Positions 37,024-49,929 of a DNA stretch of 59,134 nt are shown in pieces. Both the position numbers and the translations under genes were made by a program. The stretch's first letter is position 1. Each line of letters starts with the position of its first letter. The notes under the pieces are model-generated. The model was not told the DNA's origin, made no database searches, and saw nothing but the letters and a program-made list of their open reading frames with translations. This DNA comes from Octopus bimaculoides (Eukaryota). The DNA lies in NCBI RefSeq assembly GCF_001194135.2, contig NC_068994.1, forward strand, positions 24,041,051 to 24,100,184, given 5' to 3'.

Positions 37024-40000
37024 TTGTGGCAGAACTATTTGAGGGGGAAATATTTTTGTGTGTGTTTAAAAAAAATTGTTAAGACAAATGATGTAATTCT
37101 TCTACCAACATACCTTAGTAAACATACTTCCAAGGTAAAGGTAGGAGAAATCCCACCAGAGGTCGGCGTTTCCTGGCTTATGGCTGCTATTATTTTAGGC
37201 CTGGAGGAAAAGATAACAATCCTCCAAGCCACGAAAATCAAACAGCAAAACTGGCAGGGACAGGGTTTAGAAATGCTAATTCAAGCTGCCCCTGCAGACC
37301 TCGAGGAAATTGCCGACACCATACTGATGTGTGAGGAAACAAAGTTGAGAGTGATGGTGGAGGAGAGAAAACCGCGCTACTTTAAGTGTAGCCTGAAAGG
37401 TCATATAAGAGCAGAGCCCCTACCAGTCATGAAATCAGCCGCACCTCTACCGCCTACGACGACGACGAAACCGGCTGCTGAAGTTATGAAGAACACAGAA
37501 GAAAACACGTCAATAAAAAGAAAAGAAGCTCAGGAGAAAGCATCAGAGAGTGAGAAAAAGAAATAATCCCCATCCCGCCCCCACAGACACTAGCCCCTTC
37601 CCTATCTCCATAGACACTGACCCTGTCCCCACAGACACCACCACACTTGCTAACCCCCCCCCCCCGAAACTATTTCCATCCCTCCCTCCACAGAAAAATG
37701 CACACAGGCAAGTACACATGATACCCAAACTCTCCAACCCCCTTCCCAAAAAACAGGTCTTATGGCATATAACACTATAAATACAAAACTGAAAAAAGAA
37801 GTGTATCAACTAAAGACATCTGAACATCCTCCAAACAAGGATATCCCAGAAAACATTAAATTTGTATTCATCAATCGTGAACCGCATCATAAACTAAAAT
37901 CATTATTCCCGGAGTTCCTCTAAGGAAAAAATTCACACAAACATTATACTACCAATTCATTGAACTGGCTCCACAGACCACGAACGAAGTGTAGGGTTCA
38001 CCACTCCTCCATTAATGTAAGATTCTTTGTTCTCTTTTAATGTAGGATGTATAAATGTACGCAGCCTAGGGTTAGATTGGAGCAAGGACGCCTCCTTAAT
38101 GACCTCAGGTCACACAGGTTGAATCTAATTGTCACTACAGAAACCAGACTGATGGATTGTGTGATTCCCCCCTCCTAAATGGCTACGAGAAATTTATTTC
38201 TCCATGCCAACCGGGGGTAGGGGCGTCGCGGTTCTACTCAGGAAGGATTTGAAACTACAATTAAGAACAGTCATTATTGATCCGGAAGACAGGTTGGTCG
38301 TCTTTGATGTGACGCACAGAAAACCTTCAGGCTGGTGGGTGTCTATGCTCCTTGTGGAGCTGGGCGGTCTGACTATTTCAGAAGTCTAGAGAATTTTCTA
38401 AGAAGAACGTCGTACACTTTAGTGGTGGTAGGATACCTTATCACAATTTGCGATGCACGCGTAGATTGTGTTGGCTCGAATCCCAATAGAAAAGAAAATC
38501 CTTGCTTTAACGATCTGCTCGGTCGTTTTCAGCTGGCAGATCGATGAAGACTAGAATTTCCGGATGCTCCAGTGTGGACCTGAACTAATAGCGATGGGTC
38601 TTCTCGATCTTACTTAGATAGGAGCATTTCGCCCAGCTGTTCGGGGGCGGGGTGTGTGGACTGGACCGTAGAGAAGACCTTGTAGACTTCCTCGCCGGTT
38701 TGCCGCGTCTCTCGGCTCGAGAATCAAAATGCTGTGAAGGACCAATCACAGCTGCAGAGGTAGAGGTGGCTTTGTCGTAGTGCGGTGGAGACAAGTCACC
38801 GGGACTGGATGGTCTACCCTACGAGCTATATTATAGTACGTCAGACTTGTTTGGGCACCTACTAGCATGCGTCTACACCAACTGGCAGCAGAATGGGTTT
38901 ATACCTAGATCTGTGAGTCGCGGGGTTGTGGTGCTACTTAGAAAGGACTCAAACAAGGGGGATATAGTAGATAATCTTAGGCCAATCACTCTTCTTAACA
39001 CAGAATTGAGATTTTGGCCAAGATATTAGCAAAAATGTTGGTGTGGGTCGTGGTCAGGGAGGCGCAAATTTGCGCCATTTCCAGCAGGTCCATTCAGGAC
39101 AATCTCCTTCTTATACGCTATACCTTAAAGAGGGTTAATAGGATTCCTGGCAAGGGTGGGGCATTAGTCAATTTAGACCAATCTAAAGCTTTTGACAGGG
39201 TTGACCATTGGTATCTGGTGTCGGTCCTCGCGGCGGCCGGATTTGGCCCGGTCCTCCGTGGGTGGATTGTTGCTTTATATAGCAACATTGATTCGATCGT
39301 TCAGGCGATGGGTAATCTCGATCGTATTTAGACAAGATTCTAATTAGGAAAATAGATAAAAACCTAGTTAGTCGTCCACAATTTCACTATGTCAGCTATA
39401 ATGATCACAAATTTGTGACCTGTAGGCTGGATTTAGATAAGTTACGTAGACAGGAATCCGGCTACTGAAGACTCAGTTAGTCACTTTTGGCTCATGAGGA
39501 GTACAGGAGTCCGATTAGACAGTTCATAATGAGGGCATTACGTGGAGCCATTATTAACAACAAATGGTGGTATACCCTCAAAGGAGCCATGAAATTTGAG
39601 TCTATTAGATATAGCAAAGAGTTAGTAGCTAAGAAAAATAGAGAAGAAAGGGCTTTAGTTAGGGCCCTAGACGAAGCACTGGAGTCTGGCTCCGCGACCC
39701 GAGTTTTGACTGCGAGAATGGCGCTTAACCATCATCTCGAGGCAGAAAAACGAAGGATGTGTAGTCAGGGCTCAGCAACGTGCAATGGGACAGGAAGAAA
39801 TCAAAGCTGCTGGATAGGCTCGTGTGATAGAGACCCAATGTGGAAATGATGGCACTATAAGGTCTTTGAGGAACAATCAAGAGAACTTGGTAAACGAATC
39901 CGAAATGTGTAAGATCGTTCAGGAGCATTTGATCCTGCTTTTCGGGAGGGGCAGAGTGTAGGAGAGACTTCACAGTCTTCCTCCCTGGCATGCCGCGTCT

Positions 40001-42296
40001 CTCGGGGCGAGAAGCGGAGTGCTGTGAAGGGCCGATCACAGCTACGGAAGTGCGGGAGGTTTTGTCAGATTGCGGCGGGGACAAGTCACCGGGACTAGAG
40101 CTTTATAATAAGATGATAGACTTGTCCCCTACGAGCTTTATAATAGGATGATATACTTGTTTGGGCACCTACTGGTATACGTCTTCACCAGCTGGAAACA
40201 GAATGGGTTTATACCCAGATCAGTGAGCCGGGAAGTGGTGATGCTGCTTAAAAATGACTTAAACAAGGAGATATTATAAATAAAATCAGGCTCATCACTC
40301 TGCTTACAGCAGAGTTGAAGATTTTGGCCAAGGTGTAAGCAAAAAGGTTGGCGTGGGTCGTGGGTGGAATCGTTGGGGAGGAACAAACTTGTACCATTCC
40401 TGGCGGATCCATACACGACAATCTCCACCATCTGCGCTACAGTTAGAGAGGGTTAACGGGTCTCCTGGCAAGAGTTGGGCGCTGGTCCATTTAGACCAGT
40501 TTAAAGCTTTTGACATGGTCTACCATCGGTATCTGGTGTCGGTTCTCGCAGCGCTCAGAATTGGCCCCGTCCTCCGCGGGTGAATCATTGCTTTATACAA
40601 CAACATTGACTCGACCGTTAGAGTGAACGGGTTCTTCACAAAGCTTTTCAATATCAGCGCTCTATTCGTCAATGGTGTCCTCTTCCCACTCCATTTCTCT
40701 ATATGCTGGCTCTGGAGCCCTTACTGCAGAAGTTGGAGGGCTTGAGGGGCGTCCCTCGCGATCTAGGTTGCAGTAGGATGGTTTCGGCGTACGCGGATGA
40801 TATTACCATCATCGTGTCCGAGATGGTACACCTACAGAGGGTAGGCAAAGCCATTAAGGACTACGAGGCGGTGGTAGGGGAAAAAGTTAACCTGGATAAG
40901 TCAGTCAGCTTGCAACTCGGCACCTGGAGAGGCAAGACGATACCTCCCCAAAACGTCGCAGAGCGTTGGTCGGAGGAGCCGGTTAAATGCTGGGGGTTTG
41001 GTCCAGTCCTCCTGGTCTGAGCGGCGGCTATCACTGAAAGGAAGGGCGGAGGTCGCAGGAGTGTTTATCGCTTCTGTGATTACCTACCGCCTAACCGTCG
41101 TGCCTTGCCCCTGTTAGTGACTGACCAAGTTGGAGCGTCTGCTTTTCCGCTTTTTGCGGAGGGGGTAGGAATCCTCTTGTAAGGCACTCTGTCTGCTGCC
41201 AGCACCCACTAAAGGTTGAGCTAAGGCTGAGGCTGAGGCACCGTTGTCTCTACCAGGATGTTGAACAGGTGTGGTCTTCGTTCGTTCGGTTGTTACTTCC
41301 TAAGTTTACTGGTTTTAGTGAACTAGGACCTTGGATCAGGTGTAGACCAAGGTTGGTTGCTTGGCAAGTTAAGTGTTGTCAGGCACTCTGTCGCACGGGC
41401 AACGCCAGCGGCGAGAGTTCCACCTCGTCTTTCTATAGAGGGTTGGTAGAGGCTAAGTGTGACGACGTCCTTGGCTTCCATGACGTCCTTGGTGACGACC
41501 CTTGGCTTCGATGAGAATCAACTAGCCAGTCTGTTCCGAAGGACATTCGGGCTAGGACCCTTGGAAAATTTCCAAAGATCTCTGGCCTGGCAGTGTCAAC
41601 GAGGAGCCTTACCAGTTCGCAATAAACTCACAAGGCATGGTGCCCCTTGTGCACCCACGTGTCTAAGATGCGAGCAGGATGGAGAACCGTTCAGCACGCA
41701 ATTGTAATATGTCCCAAAATCTCTGAAATGTTGGTTTACGTTGAACATCTGTTGTCACGGCTGGGAAGAGTAGAACTGTTTTCAAAGCCGATTGCAAATA
41801 TTGTTCCTTCTTCTTTTAACAAAGAAGTTAAGGCTTGTTTTCTCGCTGTGGTTGCCACAGCGAAAGAAGTAGTATGGAAGACTCGTGTGAAAGGAGTCGT
41901 GACAGGCACCTTCACCTCCAGCTTGAACTGTTCCATTACCAAGTCTACCACCTTAAGAGGAAAATAAGGGTGGAGAGAAAATGCTTGTCACCTGATGTAT
42001 ATGGGAAAAGAGAGAAGGCTGTGTCGAGTTTGTTGCGAATGAATGAACTAACATGGTGTATCCATAAGGTTATACTAAAGGTTACAGTGGTGACACGAGG
42101 CTTGCGGCGTCGAAGCAAAACCTGTCCCCCACCTCATTGTTTGTGTATTTGTTTTATCTATCATTTGTATATCTTTCGTTCTATATATATATTTGTCACC
42201 GTTCATATCTGTAAAAAGTCATACGTATTATTTATTGACTTCTCCCTCATTTGTATTGTTCCTCTTTGTTTGGTCCCCTGTGGGCAATGAAGAAAT
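37024..42296 (+). mobile_element. Tx1/L1-clade LINE (ORF1 + APE endonuclease + RT + C-terminal zinc finger), decayed and rearranged
   Basis: ORF1 (KVKVGEIPPEVGVSWLMAAII...KPRYFKCSLKGHIRAE). APE from ~38040 (NVGCINVRSL...TETR). RT motifs LRPITLLN, LDQSKAFDRVDH, SAYADDIT. C-terminal CLRCEQD..TVQHAIVICP. The 3' UTR ends CCCCTGTGGGCAATGAAGAAAT. Confidence 0.9.
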
Positions 42297-42793
42297 TGTT
42301 CCGACACAGCATTCGAATTTTAAAAATTATCAAATTTCTCATAAGATTTAAATAACTCTTTTATAAATCCTTTTAGATTAACTCTGATGAGAGAAATGTA
42401 GATGACTGTTATGGTTGGAATTAAGTCGTCCATACTCACCTATATTTTCTCGAAACGGTCGTCAGACTTTGCACCAGCGGAAGATTCTTAAAATCATTTT
42501 ATACCAAAATTCTCACCTATTTGGATTACCGCAATACATTCACCATGTGCTTATTTTGATATCGTCATTGATTTTAATACGGAAATACAACTCGCAAGTA
42601 CATCTTGTGTATATGAATGCACCTATGTATGGTGTGGAGTATTCCGATGCTTTGAAATATATTGAGTGAATATGAACAGTGACCTTTGAAATTTGTTCTC
42701 TCTTTCTTGGCTTAATATTCCTGCCTCTCTATTAGAACGCTAATTAGTTGTACTGTATAAGGGGATAATTATCCCATTTATATTTTCATTATA

Positions 42794-42825
<32 letters not shown>

Positions 42826-42830
<5 letters not shown>

Positions 42831-42928
42831 AATTGCATCGTGGAAAGTGTTTATAAACCATAAAAAAAACACAAAACCGTTAGATTCATTTCAACATTAA
42901 AATTTAATTTCTGTCAAAATATTTTCGT
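42826..42928 (-). repeat. Truncated copy of the (TA)n-associated repeat carrying the 3' half of a hammerhead motif
   Basis: The reverse complement reads ACGAAAATATTTTGACAGAAATTAAATTTTAATGTTGAAATGAATCTAACGG...CCACGATGCAATTGTTT, homologous to 43526-43630 and 55223-55322. Confidence 0.85.
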
Positions 42929-43106
42929 ATGCATAGATGGATAAGCGTATATATGTGTATACTTTAAGATTATACGTATATATTTGTGCGTGTGTATACC
43001 TATTTATATGATTGTGTGTGCTTGTACATATGTATAGGTAGGTTTATTTGCATGTATGTATCTAGGACGTTGTATCCCTTCACCGTTTAACGGTGATGAG
43101 AGGGAA

Positions 43107-43150
<44 letters not shown>

Positions 43151-43177
43151 NNNNNNNNNNGTACAGAAAACACACAA

Positions 43178-43218
<41 letters not shown>

Positions 43219-43487
43219 CTGTTACACATATCAGTACATAAATATACGTTCACGTGTACATACACATATACACACTCTCAGACACGTATACGCCTTCACA
43301 TACCTAAATACTCACGTACATACATAAATACATAGATACATATGTACATACATACATGCGTATAGGCGTATACGCATGTATGCGCATGTACACACATGCA
43401 TACGCACATGCTTACATGCACTTGTGTACATACATAAATACATACATACATCTCATGAACTAACTTTTATTTTCTCAGATACATCAC

Positions 43488-43690
43488 GAAATTTTGTCAG
43501 TGAACTGGTTGCGGTTCTAAAGTGACGAAAATAATTTGACACAAATTATATTTAAATGCTGAAGTGAATCTAACGGCTTTTGTGTGTTTTTTTTAATAGT
43601 TTACAAATACCTTCCACGCTGTAATTGTTTTTGTTTCAGTACACGATCTCAGATCAAGTCACTTGCTATGCAAGTATATCGCCGTAATAT
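43488..43690 (+). repeat. Second copy of the hammerhead-bearing repeat (probable Penelope-like terminal repeat)
   Basis: AAATTTTGTCA GTGAACT G GTTGC..GTGAC GAAA ATAATT TGACACAAATT, followed by the same downstream sequence as at 55.2 kb. The Penelope link is inference. Confidence 0.75.
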
Positions 43691-45101
43691 ACATATATAT
43701 NNNNNNNNNNNNNNNNNNNNNNNNNNNNNNNNNNNNNNNNNNNNNNNNNNNNNNNNNNNNNNNNNNNNNNNNNNNNNNNNNNNNNNNNNNNNNNNNNNNN
43801 NNNNNNNNNNNNNNNNNNNNNNNNNNNNNNNNNNNNNNNNNNNNNNNNNNNNNNNNNNNNNNNNNNNNNNNNNNNNNNNNNNNNNNNNNNNNNNNNNNNN
43901 NNNNNNNNNNNNNNNNNNNNNNNNNNNNNNNNNNNNNNNNNNNNNNNNNNNNNNNNNNNNNNNNNNNNNNNNNNNNNNNNNNNNNNNNNNNNNNNNNNNN
44001 NNNNNNNNNNNNNNNNNNNNNNNNNNNNNNNNNNNNNNNNNNNNNNNNNNNNNNNNNNNNNNNNNNNNNNNNNNNNNNNNNNNNNNNNNNNNNNNNNNNN
44101 NNNNNNNNNNNNNNNNNNNNNNNNNNNNNNNNNNNNNNNNNNNNNNNNNNNNNNNNNNNNNNNNNNNNNNNNNNNNNNNNNNNNNNNNNNNNNNNNNNNN
44201 NNNNNNNNNNNNNNNNNNNNNNNNNNNNNNNNNNNNNNNNNNNNNNNNNNNNNNNNNNNNNNNNNNNNNNNNNNNNNNNNNNNNNNNNNNNNNNNNNNNN
44301 NNNNNNNNNNNNNNNNNNNNNNNNNNNNNNNNNNNNNNNNNNNNNNNNNNNNNNNNNNNATGGAATAACTTAGGGATTTCTTTTTTTTAAAGAAGACTAA
44401 GAGAAAAAGATGTTTTATATGACACATTCTACCAGTGTTCCAAGTTTCAAAGTGTTTCGTTAATGAAAAATGTGGCCCCCGTTTTAAAAAAGATCCACTC
44501 CTGTTTATGAGGTAGAAATTCCTTGATATTTTGGGTATTTGAGTATATATAAATTTAATGAATGGAATGAAACGCATATTATAACTGCATACTTTTATTC
44601 CGACATATGTTTCGAAGAATTACAATTTATGCGATCCCTAGGAATCGGCGATGTCAAAAATGTAAACTTCTCCTCGGGGAAATGTATGGGAACCAGCTTA
44701 AACCTAATACATTATAACCGAATATGAGAACTATAGTTGGAGAAGATTATAACGTAATTCATTTGAAAAACCCGTTGGAGATTAGGACGCTACCAGATAG
44801 TACGTTGGACAAGAAGGGAAGAAAAGAAGAAAGAAAAAAGAAAGAAAACTCAGAGTGTAGAGTTGGGAGAAGATAGGATGATATAAATCCGATAAAAATT
44901 GGAGAGGAATGTTATGTAATAAAAAGGGATCATAAATGGGGTTAATCTTGTGTTTCTACAAAAATACTGAGATGAATGTATATAAATATTTATACTTATG
45001 TGTATGCGCATATATACACAAACAAACACACATATACTCGAATGAATACATATATGCATACATATATACACACCTACGTACAAACCCACACACAGACACA
45101 T

Positions 45102-45138
<37 letters not shown>

Positions 45139-45337
45139 AAATATATACACATATATATACATATATACACACATCCATACCTATATATACATATATACAT
45201 ACATATACACACACATATACATATATATATATATANNNNNNNNNNATGTCTGTGCGTGTGTGAATGCGACATAATAAAACACAATATAAGACAGGCCGTC
45301 ATGTAAACAAAATAGTGTATGTGTAGAAATATATATA

Positions 45338-45986
45338 TGTGAATGTAAGAGATACAGAGGATAGAAAAGAGTCAGTAACACAGATAAGAATATACCAGTT
45401 CTGTTAAGGTACACAGTAGTTAGAAAGTCTGTACATAAGAGGTTATGGTTGAGGCAGAGCTAAGTAGTTGAGGCTTCGATGCCGGGCCGGATTCTTGATA
45501 CAGATGTTCTTCGCAGGTTGAGTTCTGGCTGTTAATTTCGTGGTGAGGCGATTCACACAAACAGGGTTGAGAAGAGAAGCTGCTGCTGCTTGTGTACGTG
45601 GAGAAATCATGTTGACGTTGGCGACGATGCTTGTAGTACGTAGTTGAACGATGCTGGTGATGTCGTCGCTGGAACTGGCTGGCTGTGTTACGTGTGTGGT
45701 CTACGACCAGATCTGTGAGGATCTGTAGCCGCGACGAACTGACGCGGATAATTTAGGCTATTTATAGGTACAGATAGGCTCCAGAAAACATCAGTGAAAC
45801 ACTCTCTCACGTGATCTTATTAGTGGCTACGGTTGGTCGGTTTGCGTCCTGGCGCGAACGGACTGGAGACAAATGCCGCGAAAATAAAAGTCAGTCAAGT
45901 GATGACACAGCAAGGCGGGAAAGAGTTGTTTCCTGCTACGCTCGCATTTGTAAATATATAACCGTGAGAGAGGTGGTTTCACAACA
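45338..45986 (-). mobile_element. Solo LTR (~650 bp)
   Basis: The minus strand begins TGTTGTGAAACC, and the plus strand runs TG...CA with TATA on both flanks (low-information TSD). TATAAATA on the minus strand near 45760-45767. A GC-richer island in AT/microsatellite DNA. Confidence 0.6.
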
Positions 45987-47348
45987 TATACATACATAAG
46001 CACATACATATACAGATGTAAACATTGGCAGCAACACGTGTTTACAGCGTTTAAATAACAATCACTTATTTACAAAACGCTATTAAATTAACTCATACAT
46101 GAGTTCCTCAAATAGTTCTTGAAAAACATGACATTTACTCCCTCATATGTTAAAAGATATCATAGATTGATTACGATTGACATATTTTATCTAAACATTC
46201 TTTATTTGTAAACCTAAATTAGAACACCTATAAAATGTTTAAACACACAATAGCGCATTATTTTTAGTTTAATTCATAATAAAATTTACCTACTACAATT
46301 GCGTAATATACAATGCCCTATTAACCTTACTTATTCTTTTTCATACTTCATTGTACCTCAATATCATTCATTTACGACTTCCAATTTATTCACCAATTTG
46401 TTTATCAATAATAAGAGTTATTTATGTTCTTGGCTTTCTTAGTGAGAGTTTTCTAAATCTACGATTCTAATTCATCATTTTCCTAGAAACATCTTTAATT
46501 TTAAAACAATCATAGTTTAAGTATTTATTCTCGTAACAAGATATATCACAAACATTTAAATATCTCATTATAAGACGTATAATTTACTGATCAACATAAT
46601 ATATTTTTGCTTTTAAAATCTCGATAAAACTTTTACATTAATAGATATGTTACGGAATTACTGTAGTAAACTTTGTTTATAATATTAACTTTGTCTTAAG
46701 CAATATTTACTCTTTTAACCCCTACTTCAGCCCAACTTTTCTTACATATATGATTAAAATAATCCATTCATGTAGATTAATAGACCACCCATTAACATTA
46801 TTATTCATTTATTTATTTATTCATTAATTACTTAATTTTCAATCATTTAATATCTCATTCACTAATATATGAATTACCTTCCGATAAATATCCCTCCACT
46901 TTATTACTAATTACCACACATCGACAGTATTAATATACGTACTAAGGAGTGTATACTATTTCGTACGAGTCTCTATGTAAATACATGTAACAACACATAC
47001 ATAAATATATATATGTGTGTGCGAATGTATGTGTATGAGTGTTCGTATATACACGTGTATCTATGTGTGTGTGAGTATACATTCATGTTTTTGTATGAAA
47101 CTATATGTGTCTGTATAGATTTTTGTATATATATATTTCTATTGTAATTATTTATAAAAAAATATATATAAATATGTATGTATATATGCTTGGTTGGATG
47201 CANNNNNNNNNNNNNNNNNNNNNNNNNNNNNNNNNNNNNNNNNNNNNNNNNNNNNNNNNNNNNNNNNNNNNNNNNNNNNNNNNNNNNNNNNNNNNNNNNN
47301 NNATATATATATATATATATGTATATGTATATATACAGTAGGTTAGAC

Positions 47349-47621
47349 CAGGGGTTTTCAAACTTTCTGACTTGCGGGCCCCTTTATATTTCAGGCTTTA
47401 CCTTAGGGACCCCCTTATAAACGCTTATGAAATTTATACATAAATATTTGCTTAAAATAACATATTTTTACATTTATTTATTTAACAGTATTTAACAAAT
47501 AGGTTTATTGTCAATTAAAAGATTTCGATTAAAAAACATGTATAAAATCAAATTGCCCATAAAAAGTATTTGCTGTCCACGGACCCCCTGTGGTCCGTGG
47601 ACCACAGTTTGAAAACCCCTG
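47349..47621. mobile_element. hAT-superfamily MITE
   Basis: Perfect 16-bp TIRs CAGGGGTTTTCAAACT, an exact 8-bp TSD GGTTAGAC (47341-47348 and 47622-47629), and a subterminal palindrome GTCCACGGAC...GTCCGTGGAC. Confidence 0.95.
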
Positions 47622-47699
47622 GGTTAGACAATGTTAGTGTAAACGTTGAATAAATACACGCACAGATATATGTTTGTATGTATCTACTCTGGAAGAATT

Positions 47700-48460
47700 C
47701 ATCGAAAAATCCAGAATTACAAAGGAGATGAACAATACAAAATTGATATAATAGTAATTAAAGATAATACTAACATCACAACAGGAATATCACATCATCC
47801 AGCAAATGCAGAATGTAATATGTCAAACTGGCTAGACAGGAAAATTCGAACTATTGTTGATGTTGATACCAAATCATACTCACAGAACTTAGGGGTTACT
47901 ACTTAAGCAAAAATATGCATTCCTATTTATGGAAAATGGTATACAGCGTGCTAAGCAAATTACTGAATAACTTAGAACAACCCAAGAAAAAGAAATACAA
48001 GAGCAGAATATCATATTTTTTTATGTGGTATGCAATCTATATCATCCAAACATCATTCACGTCACCAAAATCAGACTTGTCTGTCACTAATGTAACGAAC
48101 TAAAATAGACTTGTTCAAAGTAAAAGGCCTTCAAGAAAACTTGGAACAATTGTTGACAAAAGCGATACTTGACCTAAACAACAATGAATAAACAATGATT
48201 TATTGTTTCCAAATTCAATGACAATCGGTTTGGTACATGTCACTTCATACATACCGGTGTGCCAACACAAAAACCGAGCGAAGAACATTCCCAAACGCAA
48301 ATACGAACTATAAAAACAGAAATAGGATTTACTGCATCATATGCCCAAATTGTGAAAAGATGTAAATTAGCCACACAGAAAACGGGACGCACACAAGCAC
48401 CTTAGTAAAACTTATGAGAACAAAGTATCCAACAGATCTCATTAAGCAATCATATAAAAA
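47700..48460 (+). mobile_element. Penelope-like element remnant (RT thumb to GIY-YIG)
   Basis: Broken frames give HHPANAECNMSNWLDRKIRTIVD, LFMENGIQRAKQI, KKTWNNC/LTKAILD, DNRFGTCHFIHTG and NRIYCIICPNCEK, the PLE Cys/His motif before GIY-YIG. Confidence 0.65.
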
Positions 48461-49495
48461 TATGACGTGAGGAATTTTTTTTTCTTAATTTGTATTTTAC
48501 GATTAAAGTGAAGTGAAAAAAATTCATTGAGAAGCTTTAATCCGTACTCAGTAGACAATGATATGAAGAACGAGAATATCAATATTGAGTTAAAATTAAA
48601 TTTACTCAAAATACTGTAGTAATATTGACGGGGTTATGAATCTGATGTGCTTCTGATTGGTTAAAATACTAATATGCATAAACGTCATCAATATCATCGG
48701 TTTTAGCGCTTTCCTCAGTTCGTCACGATCTACAGAAAAATAGCTAATGCTACTACTACATCAAATTTACCTGGAGATTATTAATAATAGGAAGATACAT
48801 TTTCATTGTTAGTTGTCTCTTGGGAGGGTCATTATGCCAATAATAAACAAACAGACTGGTTCAATACAACTTCTTCGTTGATTACCAGTCGATTAAATAT
48901 CTAACCATCCAACTAATCGATCATTCATTGAATATATTGGTTAAACAATCAATCGGTCGCTTGTTTGTCAAGGTACTTCCAAGCACACACGCACATACAC
49001 GCAGAGACATGAACACATTCACGCACACTCGTACGCAGGAACAGGTACACACCCGTACACACGCACAAGAGAGCACTTGCTATTCATAACCTCATCAATG
49101 ACATGCTCTCACTCTTCACCGTCTGCCTTGAGTCTGTTTGAGCATTAGTCTTATGCTTGTGTGTATGTATCCTTGTATGTGTGTGTGTGTAGATGTGTGG
49201 TTGCTTACTAGAGAAGGGAGGGTGAAAATAAACAGAGTAATCGTGTGAGCATGTGTATGCGTGTGGGTGTGTGCTTGTGTGCGTGCGTGTATGTGTGTGT
49301 TACACTCACCTGCCTGTCTGTATCTATTTTTGTGTTTTTGTGAATGTGCGTACATTGGCGATTAGTAACCTTTTAAGGGTTCGACCTTTTGTTCAAGGTC
49401 AGTTCGGTCTTTTATCTGCTTGGATTTACTTGTCATCTCGTAAAGATTTATGGGTGTAGCTCTTTATGTGAAGAGAGGGAAAGGGGATAACAGAG

Positions 49496-49547
<52 letters not shown>

Positions 49548-49929
49548 CTGGAGTCGGTTCTGTGAGTGAATGTATCTGTTCGTATGCAGGTGTGTGTGAA
49601 TGTGTCAGTGTTTGCTTATGTGTGTACATTCCAGTGAGTGTATGTGTGCGTGCATATACGTGTGTGCATATGCATGTGTGTCTGCATATGCGTTTGTATG
49701 CATATGCGTGTGTGTGTGTGTGTGTGCTGTAGCCGGTTTTTTGACTAAGTAAGCGTCCATATGCCTGAGTATGTGCTCTCTTGTGCGTGTGTGCGCGCGC
49801 ATACATGTCTGCGCGCACGCAGGAATGTGCATGGTTGTGTATTGGAATTGTTCATAATCACATGTATTTATTTGTATGGATTTTCTTGTATCCTGCTGTC
49901 CTTGTAAACCTACCTATACCTATGAAGGA

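Noticed and set aside
46000-46980. Very AT-rich tracts (also 5640-6570) considered as possible mitochondrial insertions
   Set aside because: No recognisable mitochondrial protein, tRNA or rRNA motifs on either strand.
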